This document shows, piece by piece, positions 1 through 12,122 of a stretch of 64,000 bases of DNA. The stretch covers positions 18,144,001 through 18,208,000 of the forward strand of contig CP068257.2 in assembly GCA_009914755.4 (NCBI GenBank). Direction: 5' to 3'. The notes beneath the pieces are model-generated. The model was not told the origin of the DNA. It searched no databases and saw only the letters and a program-made list of their open reading frames with translations. A program made the translations under genes and the position numbers. Position 1 is the first letter of the stretch, and each line of letters begins with the position of its first letter. This stretch comes from the human T2T-CHM13v2.0 reference genome, Homo sapiens.

Positions 1-1088
1 TAGGTGCAAGCTGTAGGTGGATCTACCATTCTGGGATCTGGAGGACAGTGGCCCACTTCTCACAGCTCCACTAGGCAGTGCCCCAGTAGGGACTCCGTGT
101 GGGGGTTCCAACCCCACATTTCCCTTCCACACTGCCCTGTCAGAGGTTCTCCATGAGAACTCTGTCCCTGCAGCAAACTTTTGCCTGGACATCCAGGCGT
201 TTCCACACGTCCTCTGAAATCTAGGTTCCCAAACCTCAATTCTTGACTATTGTGTACCCACAGGCTCAACACCATGTGGAAGCTGCCAAGGTTTGGGGTT
301 TGCACCCTCTGAAGCCATGGCCCGAGCTGTACCTTGGCCCCTTTTAGTCATGGCTGGAGTGGCTGGGATGCAGGGCACCAAGACCCTAGGTTGTGCACAG
401 CATGGGGACCCTGACTCTGGCACACAGAATCATTTTTTTCTCCTAGGTTTCAGGGCCTGTGATGAGAGGAGCTGCCATGAAGACCTCTGACATGCTCTGG
501 AGAGATTTTCCCCATGTCTTGAGGATTATCACTGGGCTCCTAGTTACCTATGCAAATTTCTGAAGCTGGCTTGAATTTCACCTCAGAAAATGGGATTTTC
601 TTTTCTATCACATTGTCAGGCTGCAAATTTTCCAAACTTTTATGCTGTATTTCCCTTTTAAAACTGAATGCCTTTAACAGCACCCAAGTCACCTCTTGAA
701 TGCTTTGCTGCTTAGAAATTTCTTCTGCCAGATACCCTAAATCATCTCTCTCAATTTCAAAGTTCCACAGATCTCTAGGGCAGGGGAAGAAATGCTTCCA
801 GTCTCTTTGCTAAAACATAACAAGAGTCACCTCTGCTCTAGTTCCCATTAAGTTCCTATTCTCCATCTGAGGCCACCTCAGCCTGGACCTTATTGTCCAT
901 ATCACTATCAGCATTTTTGTCAAAGTCATTCAACAAGTCTCTAGGACATTCCAAACTGTCCTACATTTTCCTGTCTTCTTCTGAATCCTCCAAACTGTTC
1001 CAACCTCTGCCTGTTACCCAATTCCAAAGTCACTTCCACATTTTTGGGTATCTTTTCAGCAACGCCCCTCTCTACTGGTACCAATTTA
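1..1088 (-). mobile_element. Internal (non-LTR) region of a THE1-like MaLR retroelement, cut off by the window edge
   Basis: Contiguous with the LTR at 1089-1444 in the same orientation. The reverse complement reads like THE1/MST internal sequence (ggtaccagtagag...gaaaagatacccaaaaatgtggaagtgactttggaattgggtaacaggcagaggttgg...). No intact ORF. Confidence 0.55.
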
Positions 1089-1444
1089 CTGTATTAGTCC
1101 ATTTTCACATTGCTGATAGAGACATACCTGCGACTGGGCAACTGTACAAAAAAAAGAGGTTTAATTGGACTTACAGTTCCACATGGCTGGGGAAACCTCA
1201 TAATCACGGTGAAAGGCAAGGAGGAGCAAGTCACGTCTTACATGGATGGCAGCAAGCAAAAAGAGCTTGTGCAGGAAAACTTCCCGTTATAATAACCATC
1301 AGATCTCATGAGTCTTACTCACTATCATGAGAAAAGCACAGGAAAGACCTGCCCCAATGATTCAATTACCTCCCACCAAGTCACTTCCACATCATGTAGG
1401 AATTAAAGATGAGATTTGAGTGGGGACACAGCCAAACTATATCA
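1089..1444 (-). mobile_element. THE1-like MaLR LTR (about 356 bp), 5' LTR of the element above
   Basis: The reverse complement begins tgatatagtttggctgtgtcccc...ctcatctt and ends ...ggtatgtctctatcagcaatgtgaaaatggactaatacag, the hallmark THE1/MST LTR termini. Length matches THE1. Confidence 0.7.
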
Positions 1445-2169
1445 GGTACATTTCTCAAGGAAGGGCATGGCTGACAACTAGAGGTTATTTACTGAGAACT
1501 CCTTTGGAAGAAAGGATTTAGTAAACATCTCCACTTGGATATGGAAAATTACCTCAGACCTCACAAAAAACCATCAGAAAAAAAGTGTATTGCTTCAGAG
1601 ATTCATGCAAAGAAATATGTGGTCCTTCCAGTGAAAAGAAATTAGTTTCCCCATAGACCTTACAGCTTTATCTGAACATAGTTTTGTCTGGATACAAGTG
1701 AGAGTTCATTAATGGAGGGGTCTTGTACAGATAACTGTAGCACGATTCTCTTCTCCAGAGAATTGTAGCCACATAATTGTGCCATGGAAGCAGTTGGTCA
1801 TGCTTATGGTGATGTGTGAAACTTGGGACATTTGAGAGAGTGAATAAATCCTAGAGCAATTTAGTGATCAGGTAATCTAGCACTCAAACTATACTCTAGG
1901 GAGTAAAAGAGGGACCATTACAATTAATGATTATGCTGGAACAATTTCTAAAAAAAAAAAAAAAATCCCAGAAGTATCCTGGGAAAGCTGTAATCTATAT
2001 GAACTCTAAATTTGAAACATGGTTTATTCAATGCAAGATGGCATGTAATGTTTAAACCAGAATAATCTTTATGAATTCAGTAAAATATATGTGTAGCAAA
2101 CCAGCCCAGGAAACTTCTAAACATAGCACACACTTAACTTCTGTCTTTATAATTATATAGCCTCAAACC

Positions 2170-2590
2170 AGGTGCTATAGTCCAGATGTTTGTCCCATTG
2201 AAATGTTATGTTGAATTTTGTCCCCAGTGTTGGAGGCAGAGCCTAATGGTAGGTGTTTGGATCATGGAGTTGGATGCCTCATGAATAGAATAATGTTCTC
2301 CATGAGGGGGTGGTGAGTGAATTCTCATTCTATTTGTTCATGTGAGAGGTGGTTGTTAAAAAGATCCTGGAACTTCTCTCCCCTCTCTCTTTTGTTTTTT
2401 TCTTTCCGCATGTGATCTCTGTACTTTGGCTCCCTTTCACCTTCTGCCATGAGAAGAAGCAGCTGGAGGCCCCCACCAGAAGCCCAGCGGATGTCAGTGT
2501 CATACTTCTTGTACAGCTTGCCAAACCATGAGCCTAATAAAACTCACAGAAAATGTCCTCCTGGAATATTGCTTAGCTGCTGTTGTGGCT
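2170..2590 (+). mobile_element. Solitary MaLR-type LTR (MST/MLT1-like), diverged
   Basis: Motifs gtccccagtgttggaggcagagcctaatgg...ggatcatggag...cctcatgaat...ttctgccatgagaag...cttcttgtacagcttgccaaaccatgagcctaataaaactc parallel the MaLR LTR consensus structure. Confidence 0.5.
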
Positions 2591-3480
2591 CACATGTATG
2601 GAAAAACAAACACTCTGATACTCAAAATAGCGGATGGAAATTAGCTTGGTATTCAAGTCTTGATATGGAACTGGGAGAAATTATACTAGAGGTCAATGGG
2701 AAAAGACTCAAACATTACATAATGGATCTATTAGAATAGCTTTCAATTTAAAAATTGCTATAGAAAGGTAATGGAGTGACAGGGTAGTACATCAAGCCAA
2801 CATTTTAAAATACTAGAGAACTAGAATGAAACATATTACCTCAAACCAGAATACTGAGTGTTACAACAAAATAAAAGAAGTGACCAGTTCACTTTGTCAG
2901 TGGGGAACTACTGGGAGAAGAATCACGAGCAAAAGGAAGGTGAGACACAAGCTATTTCTTCAAAGAGATTATGTAATTTCCAAATCTCAGAGTTGGGTTT
3001 GGCATGTAACATTTCACCAGAGAAGCACGTGAGTGTTTTTCTCAAAGCATTAGTTTTTAGTCTACATCATTCAACCTTGATGACTCAAGTATCAAAATAT
3101 ATCGTCAAAAGAATGACTTCATATATGGGAGATGGATAACTGAGGGTACAGGGAGCTCTTAGCTTTCTAATTCAGGTAACTAATTGTAGGTACTGAGAAA
3201 TATAACTGATAGTTGTATTGACTTAATATAAACTACACATGGTTTGGGAGAAAATTTGCATTATGGTTTTATGCTCCTTGTTGAGTGAACACTGTAGTAT
3301 AAACTCTAAAGCTACTCTTTTTGCAGGAGTGCAGTTAGTTTTGAGTGACCATTTTTTCAAAGACCTAAAATTTCAATAAGGAAATTATTTGACAATAATT
3401 TATCTACTACATCCCCTACCACCACTCTTGGCTATAACATGCAGCAATCAGCTTGGTACTTTTCTGGAAAGCACTGAAAA

Positions 3481-3545
3481 TAATATATATATATAATATT
3501 TATATATTATATATATTTTAAAATATTATATATATTTTAAAGTGT
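3481..3545. repeat. AT-rich simple repeat / low complexity, (TA)n-like
   Basis: taatatatatatataatatttatatattatatatattttaaaatattatatatatttta. Confidence 0.7.
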
Positions 3546-3574
3546 GTATCTGTGTTTGTGGGAGGGGTTGTCTT

Positions 3575-3932
3575 TGTACTTTTGGGCTGCTATAGCAAAC
3601 ATAGGATAAACTGGGTGGCTTATCAATGAGATAAATGTATTTTTCATAGACCTGGAGGCTAGAAAATCCAAAAATAAGGCACTGTCAGATTCAGCATCTA
3701 GTCAGAGCACCCTTTCTGTTTCATAGACGGCCATGTTTTCACTGTGTCCTCACATGGCAAGGGCGTGAAAGATTGCTCTTTGACCACTTTCAAAAAGAGC
3801 ACTAATCCAGTTCGTGAGGAATCCACCTTTATGAATTAATCAGTTCCCATAAGTTTCATTTCCAAATATCATCACATTGAGGGTTAGGTTTTGACATACA
3901 CATTTTAGGGGAATACATACATTCAGTCTATA
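3575..3932 (+). mobile_element. MLT1-like (MaLR) LTR
   Basis: ctgctatagcaaacataggataaactgggtggcttat...ttttcatagacctggaggctagaaaatccaaaaataagg...cactgtgtcctcacatggcaag...ccaaatatcatcacattgagggttaggttttgacatacacatttt...attcagtctataa follows the MLT1-type consensus layout. Confidence 0.5.
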
Positions 3933-5210
3933 ATAGGAATATTAATAAAGTCAAGGAAAGAAATTGACTTTTGTTTGTTTTTAATGTAATAAAGCACAAA
4001 GTTGTTCCAAAAGGCTTTTCATCTTGATTTTGCAAAACTTTATTTCCTAGCTGTTGTATAGAAGACTGACCAAGAAGGGCTATTTTCCTTCACCCGTTAC
4101 TCCCATGGGCAGTGCCTGAAAAGTAATAATCTGCATGAGAACCAGTGAAAAAGGAGTACTTTCTGAAGATAAGGCAGTGGAGATTTAAAGTAAGGAATTA
4201 ATGACAGTGAAAAAGAGAGAGAAAATGTTATTATTTTGTTTTTCTAAGGAGAAAATTATATAAACTGAACAGATAAAATTGGATACAGAAATGGAGAAAT
4301 GTCAGTATCTCTCTTGCACCATCTGCTGTGAGGCACATGTGCTCTATTAAAAAGTTCTAAGATTTCTTAGTAATAAAGTATATCTTCTCACCCTTTCATA
4401 TGCGAAGGTCTTATATAGTAAAAATGTGACACATAGGTATCTGGACATAAAATTTCATTTTCAATTTATTTGAACTCTAGTATTGGTAAGTATAAAGGAC
4501 ATTAAAATGGAGGGTATCACATTACAAACATGGTTTGAGTGCTTGCCTGCTAAATGCAGTGGGCATGCTGGCTCAGTTGTTAAGTATTTAAATATATCTA
4601 AAATACACCATCTATTTAAAGTCTGGTGTTCACTTTTCAACCTCGGCAAATATTTGCTCTATTGAATTGTAATACTTTTATGTTTCCCTACTTCTTTAAT
4701 TCAGTTATCTAGGGAGGTCATAAGCTGTTTATAAATATGAAGTCTTTTGTGAATATCCAGAATCACCAAAGCATGAGCAAAATCAAAAATGAAAACACAA
4801 TTTAATTTGTCAAGCATGCTTTTCTAACAATCCATGAATATTGCAGGAAAAATTTAATCTTACTCTTAAAGTAAATGAATAGCTACAATTAATTTTCCAG
4901 TTGTTTAAGTAGTCTTAGGCAGTTAGATATTTTCTGTGAAATTACATTTCAAATTTAACTTTGAAAAAGTATTTTCAAATATAACTCATGTATTATAATA
5001 AATTGAGAACTCATGCCATTTTGGAAAACTGTGGATAAATGATACCAATTTTAATTTATTCTTCTTATAGAAAGACCTAGCTCATATTACATTTTGTGTT
5101 TTTTGTTATACTTTGAAGTTTAATTTATTCCTTATATTTTAGATAAAAAGCTTTTGGTTGTAGATAAAATAGATTCTTAAGAAATAGATTCTGTCTGATT
5201 CCAAAAGCTT

Positions 5211-5223
5211 TTATTTATGGTAA
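5211..5223. repeat. 5' copy of the TSD (TTATTTATGGTAA) of the twin-primed L1
   Basis: The identical 13-mer recurs at 5798-5810, immediately flanking the L1 composite. Confidence 0.7.
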
Positions 5224-5226
5224 ATC

Positions 5227-5803
5227 TTTTTTTTTATTATTATTATACTTTAAGTTCTGGGGTACCTATGCACAAGGTACAGGTTTGTTACATAGGTACA
5301 CATGTGCCATGTTGGTTTGCTGCACCCATCAGCTCATCATTTACATTAGGTATTTCTCCTAATGCTATCCCTTCCCCAGACCCCCACCCCCCAACAGGCC
5401 CCAGTGTGTGATGTTCTCCTCCCTGCGTCCATGTGTTCTGGTTATTCAACTCCTACCTATGAGTGAGAACATGAGGTGTGTTTGGTTTTCTATCCTTGTG
5501 ATAATTTTCTTAGAATGATGGTTTCCAAGCTTCATCCATGTCCCTGGTCATCAGAGAGATGTAAATCAAAACCACAATGAGATACCATCTCATACCAGTT
5601 AGAATGGCGATCATTAAAAAGTCAGGAAACAATAGATGCTGGAGAGGATGTGGAGAAATAGGAACGCTTTTACACTGTTGGTGGGAGTGTGAATTAATTC
5701 TACCATTGTGGAAGATAGTGTGGTGATTCCTCAAGGATCTAGAACTAGAAATACCATTTGACCCAGCGATCCCATTACTGGGTATAAACCCAAAGGATTA
5801 TTT
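5227..5803. mobile_element. Twin-primed, inverted, 5'-truncated L1 (L1PA-like). 5227-5546 is the L1 3' end on the minus strand with a poly-T start. 5547-5803 is the adjacent upstream ORF2 C-terminal segment on the plus strand.
   Basis: The minus part reverse-complements to ...ggtgggaggtgaataac...gggatagcattaggagaaatacctaatgtaaatgatgagctgatgggtgcagcaaaccaacatggcacatgtgtacctatgtaacaaacctgtaccttgtgcataggtaccccagaacttaaagtataataataataaaaaaaa. The plus part reads catcagagagatgtaaatcaaaaccacaatgagataccatctcataccagttagaatggcgatcattaaaaagtcaggaaacaatagatgctggagaggatgtggagaaatagg...cccattactgggtataaacccaaaggattat. The junction is at ccatgtccct|ggtcatcag. Confidence 0.85.
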
Positions 5804-5810
5804 ATGGTAA
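5798..5810. repeat. 3' copy of the TSD (TTATTTATGGTAA) of the twin-primed L1
   Basis: Matches 5211-5223. Confidence 0.7.
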
Positions 5811-6647
5811 TTCTTAATTTGTTATTTTATTATTAAGAAGTGGCTGCTTTAATACAAAAACACATGTCATTTTTAGTGTGCTAAGAAATATACCACAATG
5901 TCTTAAGTATTGAATTATAATAAATATGATTTTAATTTTAAAATGTCATGTTTGAAGCTTACTGTGTGTAATTTAAACGTATGTATTTATTATATATATT
6001 AACTTATCTTTTATCATATTTGAGGGTTTTTTAAATTGGAAGTTTATTTTTATGAAGACTGTCAATATTTGTTTTTATATTGTAGACACTGAAATACATA
6101 CAAATAGACACCATTCACCACTAAAGTTTTAAAAATATACTTCTTTGGGTCATAAACATCTCAACCTGATGGCCATTACATTTGATACCTGTAATATATT
6201 TCTAGAATTGCTGGAAGCCACTTCTCATTTGAAGGATTCGCTTTCTTGGAGTTTTTTCTTTTCTGAGCCTGTCTACCATATAATTTCAACTTGAACTTTT
6301 ATTAATATACCTTACCTTGTTTCCTTAGATGGATAGCATAGGTTTGAACATTTCCTGTTGTTGGAATTTCTTGTTTGATTTGGTATGTGACTTTCTGTTT
6401 TTATTTCTAAAGCGCCCCTATGTTTAATTTTTAGAAACCTACTCTCGTCTCTTTTTTGAAAAGATGGATATTTGTTTCACTCTTCTCTCTCACATGCATC
6501 TGATAGGGATGGGCCACTTACAGGTATTCATGTATAAAAAGAAGATATTACTCATTTATGGCATACAAAAAATCCTCTTGCTGATTAGGATGTATAGTTC
6601 AATCAGGTTAGTCTTAGTTCACAAGCTAGAAATTACACTTGGAATAC

Positions 6648-6684
6648 CTTGTTGAGTAAATATGTATCTTGTTGAGTAAATATG
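6648..6684. repeat. Short tandem duplication (cttgttgagtaaatatg, 2 copies)
   Basis: The exact 17-mer is repeated with a 3-bp spacer. Confidence 0.8.
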
Positions 6685-7139
6685 GCTATTAGGAATTAGA
6701 CCTGAGGTCTAGAAAACAAAATTATTTTACTCCTTATTTAATCTACTTTTCACTAGATTGTGCTGCTATTCCAAAGGCATTTTTTATTATTTTTAATAAA
6801 AGCCATGGTATTAACATGTTTGAAATACAAGATGAGAAATATTCAAAGTGTAATCAAGCAGTAAAAAATTTTACACTGCTTTCTCTGTGAAATAACCAGA
6901 GTTTGAGGTTTCTTTCTAAATCACTTTTTAATAAAAAAGCTGTGTTTTATAAAATTTATTTTTTCCTTCCATTCTCTAGTGTGACAATTTTGGTGTAACA
7001 TTTCCAAGTTTTGAAAACACGAGTCTTAAATGTGTTCTTTGTGAATTCATTTGACTGTGTGACCTAGAAATCCAGTTTTTCAATACGTCTTTAACAAAAT
7101 CAATAAATGTATAGCTACCTAGAGAATAATTTATCGAGG

Positions 7140-7140
<1 letters not shown>

Positions 7141-7193
<53 letters not shown>

Positions 7194-7468
7194 CAGTCTT
7201 GCTCTGTTGCCCAGGCTGGAGTGCAGTGGCGTGATCTCGGCTCACCGCAAGCTGCGCCTCCTGGGTTCAGGCCATTCTCCTGGCTCAGCCTTCAGAGTAG
7301 CTTGGACTACAGGTGCCCGCCACCATGCCTGGCTAATTTTTTTGTATTTTTAGTAGAGACGGGGTTTCACCGTGTTAGCCAGGATGGTCTCCATCTCCTG
7401 ACCTGGTGATCCGCCTGCCTTGGCCTCTCAAAGTACTGGGATTACTATCATGAGCCACCGCGCCGGGC
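7141..7468 (-). mobile_element. Full-length Alu (AluS/J-like) with an uninterrupted T50 tail
   Basis: A 50-nt poly-T is followed by agacagtcttgctctgttgcccaggctggagtgcagtggcgtgatctcggctcac...gggattactatcatgagccaccgcgccgggcc, the reverse complement of an Alu dimer. Confidence 0.95.
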
Positions 7469-10400
7469 CAAGGCTACTGTATTTTTAACTGTACATCAAA
7501 AATTTTATAGAAGTTGGATTCATTACATTATGATAGAATACTCCATAAATGCATGGTATATTAGATATTTCTGTTTTATTTTAGTTATGACATTAATGCT
7601 TGACCTTACTAATATAGGCAGTAAGAATATTTTTTAAGGTTTAGAATACTGCTTTTAAGATAATAAACTATATATTTTGTATTTTAATTTGTAAGTTATA
7701 TTTCTACTCCCAATAAATATAGTTTATATTTTCAAAAGATAATGAGATTTTAAATACATTAATACTAATTTTATCAGCTGAAATTTAACCCAGCTTAATG
7801 CTAAAATGTAAAACTGAATTGATTTTGGCAGATGGCAATGTTTGGTAGACTAAAAATTCTCAAGTATTCAATGATAAATAATTTCTCCTTCCAAGTAAAA
7901 CTGAAAGATTATATAGTTGTATTTTTATGCAAAACTAGTTTGGCAATGAGAAATTAATTTTTCACAAAATCAGGTATTATAATAATATTTTAAGTATATG
8001 TAGATAAATACATATATTTGAAGTTTCTGTTATTAATCTAAATAATTTTATTCTTATAATGATTTCATATGTTAAATAAACTTTGCCATTTTTCTTTTGT
8101 TTTAAGAATTTCTTCTTGGAACCACCAGTTGAATATAAGAAGTTCAATAAAAAGCAGATTAAAATCCCTCTCACAAAGACATCTATTCTTAAACCAAACT
8201 CAAGATCCCCAAAACAACCTTCTACTAGGTGACATACAGGTGGTGAATGAAGATGACTACTTATTTCTAAAACAGCAGACCAACATTAAGTTGTCTAGGG
8301 CCTTTGATACCCAAATTTTCTCCCATCCCACGTATAAGATGACTGCCCAACTATCAGCCAACTGGCAATGAAACCTCAGCAAAACCATAAGTCTCTTCAG
8401 ATTTTCCTCCGATCATTGCTATTGTCAAAGACACAGCCACATAACTTCTGCCTGAAAAGTACAATCTTTTAGCACTCCTCAGCATTTGAAGGCAAAGCAA
8501 ATAAACCCTCAGAGGCTTTCTAATTTTAGCAACTCTTGTGTACTCTACTCCAGTATTATCGTATTGGGGAAGTAGACGGACTAAGGTTCTATCAAACCTC
8601 AAAACTCTACATTTGGATATTTTTGTAAACATATTTCTTGAGACTATGGAACTTAGTTTCTTATCAATCTGGACAGTTATTCTTGAATTTGGTCCAACAA
8701 CCAAATAAATGAATCCTTATTTTATTGCCTTTCTAATTATCAAAGCAAATTTTAAATAGTTATCATAAAATGCTATATCCCTTTCCTAAAACGTATCAGT
8801 AAAAATATATTGGAAAGAGTTTGGGATGAGATACAAATCAGCTTTTAGTATAGCTGCAAGATGATGGTCCCGGGTGAAAACTCACTGACCCAGCATAGTG
8901 ACCACATCAACTCAGGCTAATATTAGACTTCAAACTCAGATGAGTCTGGCTGAACTAGTTTACTGCATATTTTAACCTTTTCTTTGTATATGAATTAGAA
9001 TATTTGAAAAGGCTTTAATGTTAAAAGCAAAGAGCTCTATGTTTTAAGGAAAAAGTGATTTGGCAAATAGTTTAAATAAAAGATAAAGTTAATATTTTGG
9101 TTGATGCCAATATATGCTCATATAACCATGACCAATGTTGCATCATAGAAATGAAGATTTTTTTATCATGTAAGAAAAAAAGTGTGCAGGGAATGTGTCA
9201 CAGACAAACTTAAAAAGCATTTTGTTTATTTATATAACTGTATATTAAAAGCTTAAGCTCTAACTCACGTGTTTTCAATGTGAGCTGATTTCCATGTTAT
9301 GTTAATAGGTCCTAATATTTTATTTGCAGCTTATTATAAAAGTTGTGTGTTCAGTTAAAAGAAAAGTGCTATTTTTAGATCAGAGAGAGACACATGTTAT
9401 ATGCACCTGAGTATCCACTTGTCCTCTCAAAGAATCCATAATAGCCTACTAAGATGATATTCTTATGTCATATTTTAACTTCAAGAATATGATTTCATCA
9501 AATCATTTTAAGTAGTTTCAAACTCAAATACAGTATGACATGTTTTCAGTTGAGGTATTATGAAAATAAATATATCGAATTTTAACACTACATATTTTGT
9601 TTTAAGAGCCTGTACCATTGTTTCAAAACTAACTTATTTATATTAGTATTCCAAAGACTGAATAAGCTAAGAATGGATTACTGCTGCTGAAGTTTTAGGA
9701 TTTGTTTACTAGTGACATTCTTACCTCTTTAACTTTAATTCCAATATATTTATCATTATTTTGGTGGTGAGAAGCAACAACTATTTCTTACTTTACCATG
9801 TGTTTATTGTCGATTCCTTTTACTATTTTGTTTGAATTTGTCATAAAGCTATTAAAGATGGAATTTTAAATAATTTTTATCCTCAATAACAAAATAAACA
9901 GCATCGTATATTGTGCTATGGTGAGTTACAAGCGTTAAAGTATTCATTATTCAGAAAGACTCTGTACACCACATACAGTTTGATGTAATCTGCAGTTATG
10001 TAAGAGTTGACATGGCAAGAATGTAGCTCAGAGAGCTGACTTACTTGTCTGATCAAGCTCCTAGTAAGTAACGAAGTAGTTATCCATACTCATAACCATT
10101 TTACTTCTGGGTTTTCCTAAACAAATGGTACTGTGTCCTTTAATTATTTCCTGGAATTATACAGTTTGATTCAGACCTTGGATAAATCTGAGCTACCAAT
10201 ATTGCTTTTGTTATATAACTGTCTGTATTATAAAGGTTTATATCCACCTCTGTTCCAACACTTTAGCTTGTACAAATGAGAGCATTTCATTGAAACTACT
10301 GGTGGGAACTAAATGAAAATCTTAAAAGCTATGTTACCAACACCTTTCTCTCTCTTAATTTTAAATCTGAAATTCCCAATTACTTTATAATTCTAAAATA

Positions 10401-11694
10401 TTTGCTTTTATAATTCTATAATATCTCTTATTTAATGAATGACATTATAAAATTTAATTTAATATAAACAAGTGAATGATTTAGTTTCTTAGAATTAGAA
10501 AAAAATTTGGAGTAATACGAACAAGTGTGTGACAGAAATTTTACTTCTGTGATATTTCCTTATGCTCTCTTCCCTCCCTCCATTTTCCATGCCCCTTAGA
10601 TTTAGAGACATGAAATCAGTTCTGGCCAGTGGACACTAAGAATAAATGTGTCACTTCCAGACAACGGCATTTAATACCTAGTATGTGATCTTTCTTTTCC
10701 CCAGCTTTGAAGAATCCTGTGACTATATATTAAGAAAATAGAGACTCATGGATATACCCTGATGATTAGCAAGAAATAGAACTTAATAGGGTTAAGCCAC
10801 GGAGATTCCAAGGTTTATATTTTACTGCTGTATAACCTAGTCACTAATATAGAAACAGTTATTTTTGTTTAGGTTTTGTTTTTATAGACTATATTATTGC
10901 ATTTCTTTTAATTATATCTTATTTTAAATTAGAAATAACTTGATATTATATTGCTTTCAATTTTCACATCCTATACCGTAATTTTGTTTTTCTTTGCTTG
11001 AATCACATAGAAATATTTTTGAGCAACTACAGTAAGACACTCTATAAGTTTTGAAGCATTATGATAAGGCATTTAGGGAAAACAGAGAGTGAGCTACTTA
11101 ACTTTTTTTTAGTAAGGTCAGGAATTGCTCCCTAGAGTAGATGACACTGAGGCCTGGGCTTAGAGATGGATGGACGTTTTCCAGTGATACAACATGGCTT
11201 AGTTCATGTCATGCAAGAAACGAGAAATAAGAGAAGTTGTAAGTATAAAGAACTAAGAAAATATAAAGGGGCTCTAAACATGTTTTATTATTGAAACGAA
11301 GGGAACAAAACAGATAATTCGGTTGCTGATGGGGATGTACCATTAATTTACTTTGTCTTAAAATGACCATCTTTTTGATATTGAGGAATCTGGCTCCTGG
11401 TTTAAAACTTACAGGTGATTATTCAGGCCTGGCTACAGACCTACAAAAGTCTACAGTATACTATTAATGCTGTACCTATTTTTTGAAAGCAACTTGCTTT
11501 CCAATTTGGAAGGGATCTCCTAACAGTCTGCAAAGGTATTTCCTGGCAGGCCTCACAGGAAAGGCGGTGCACCGTGCACACTACGTGCTCCGTGCACAGC
11601 CAATACGCTGCTGTCTCTGAAAGGAGATGCAGTCAAGGACTCAGGATTCCCTGGCCAGCCATGCTCTTACATGACCCTCTTCCTCCCTATCTGA

Positions 11695-12122
<428 letters not shown>

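Noticed and set aside
893-1330. 145-aa plus-strand ORF (and nested 60-aa ORF 1110-1292)
   Set aside because: It lies entirely inside the minus-strand THE1-like MaLR element (internal region plus LTR). The translation has no protein-like features, so it is a repeat-derived chance ORF.
11560-11600. Cluster of GTGCAC palindromes and CpGs (ggtgcaccgtgcacactacgtgctccgtgcacagcc)
   Set aside because: It is short, isolated and not part of a CpG island. It most likely reflects internal micro-duplication within an old repeat or chance, with no basis for a functional call.
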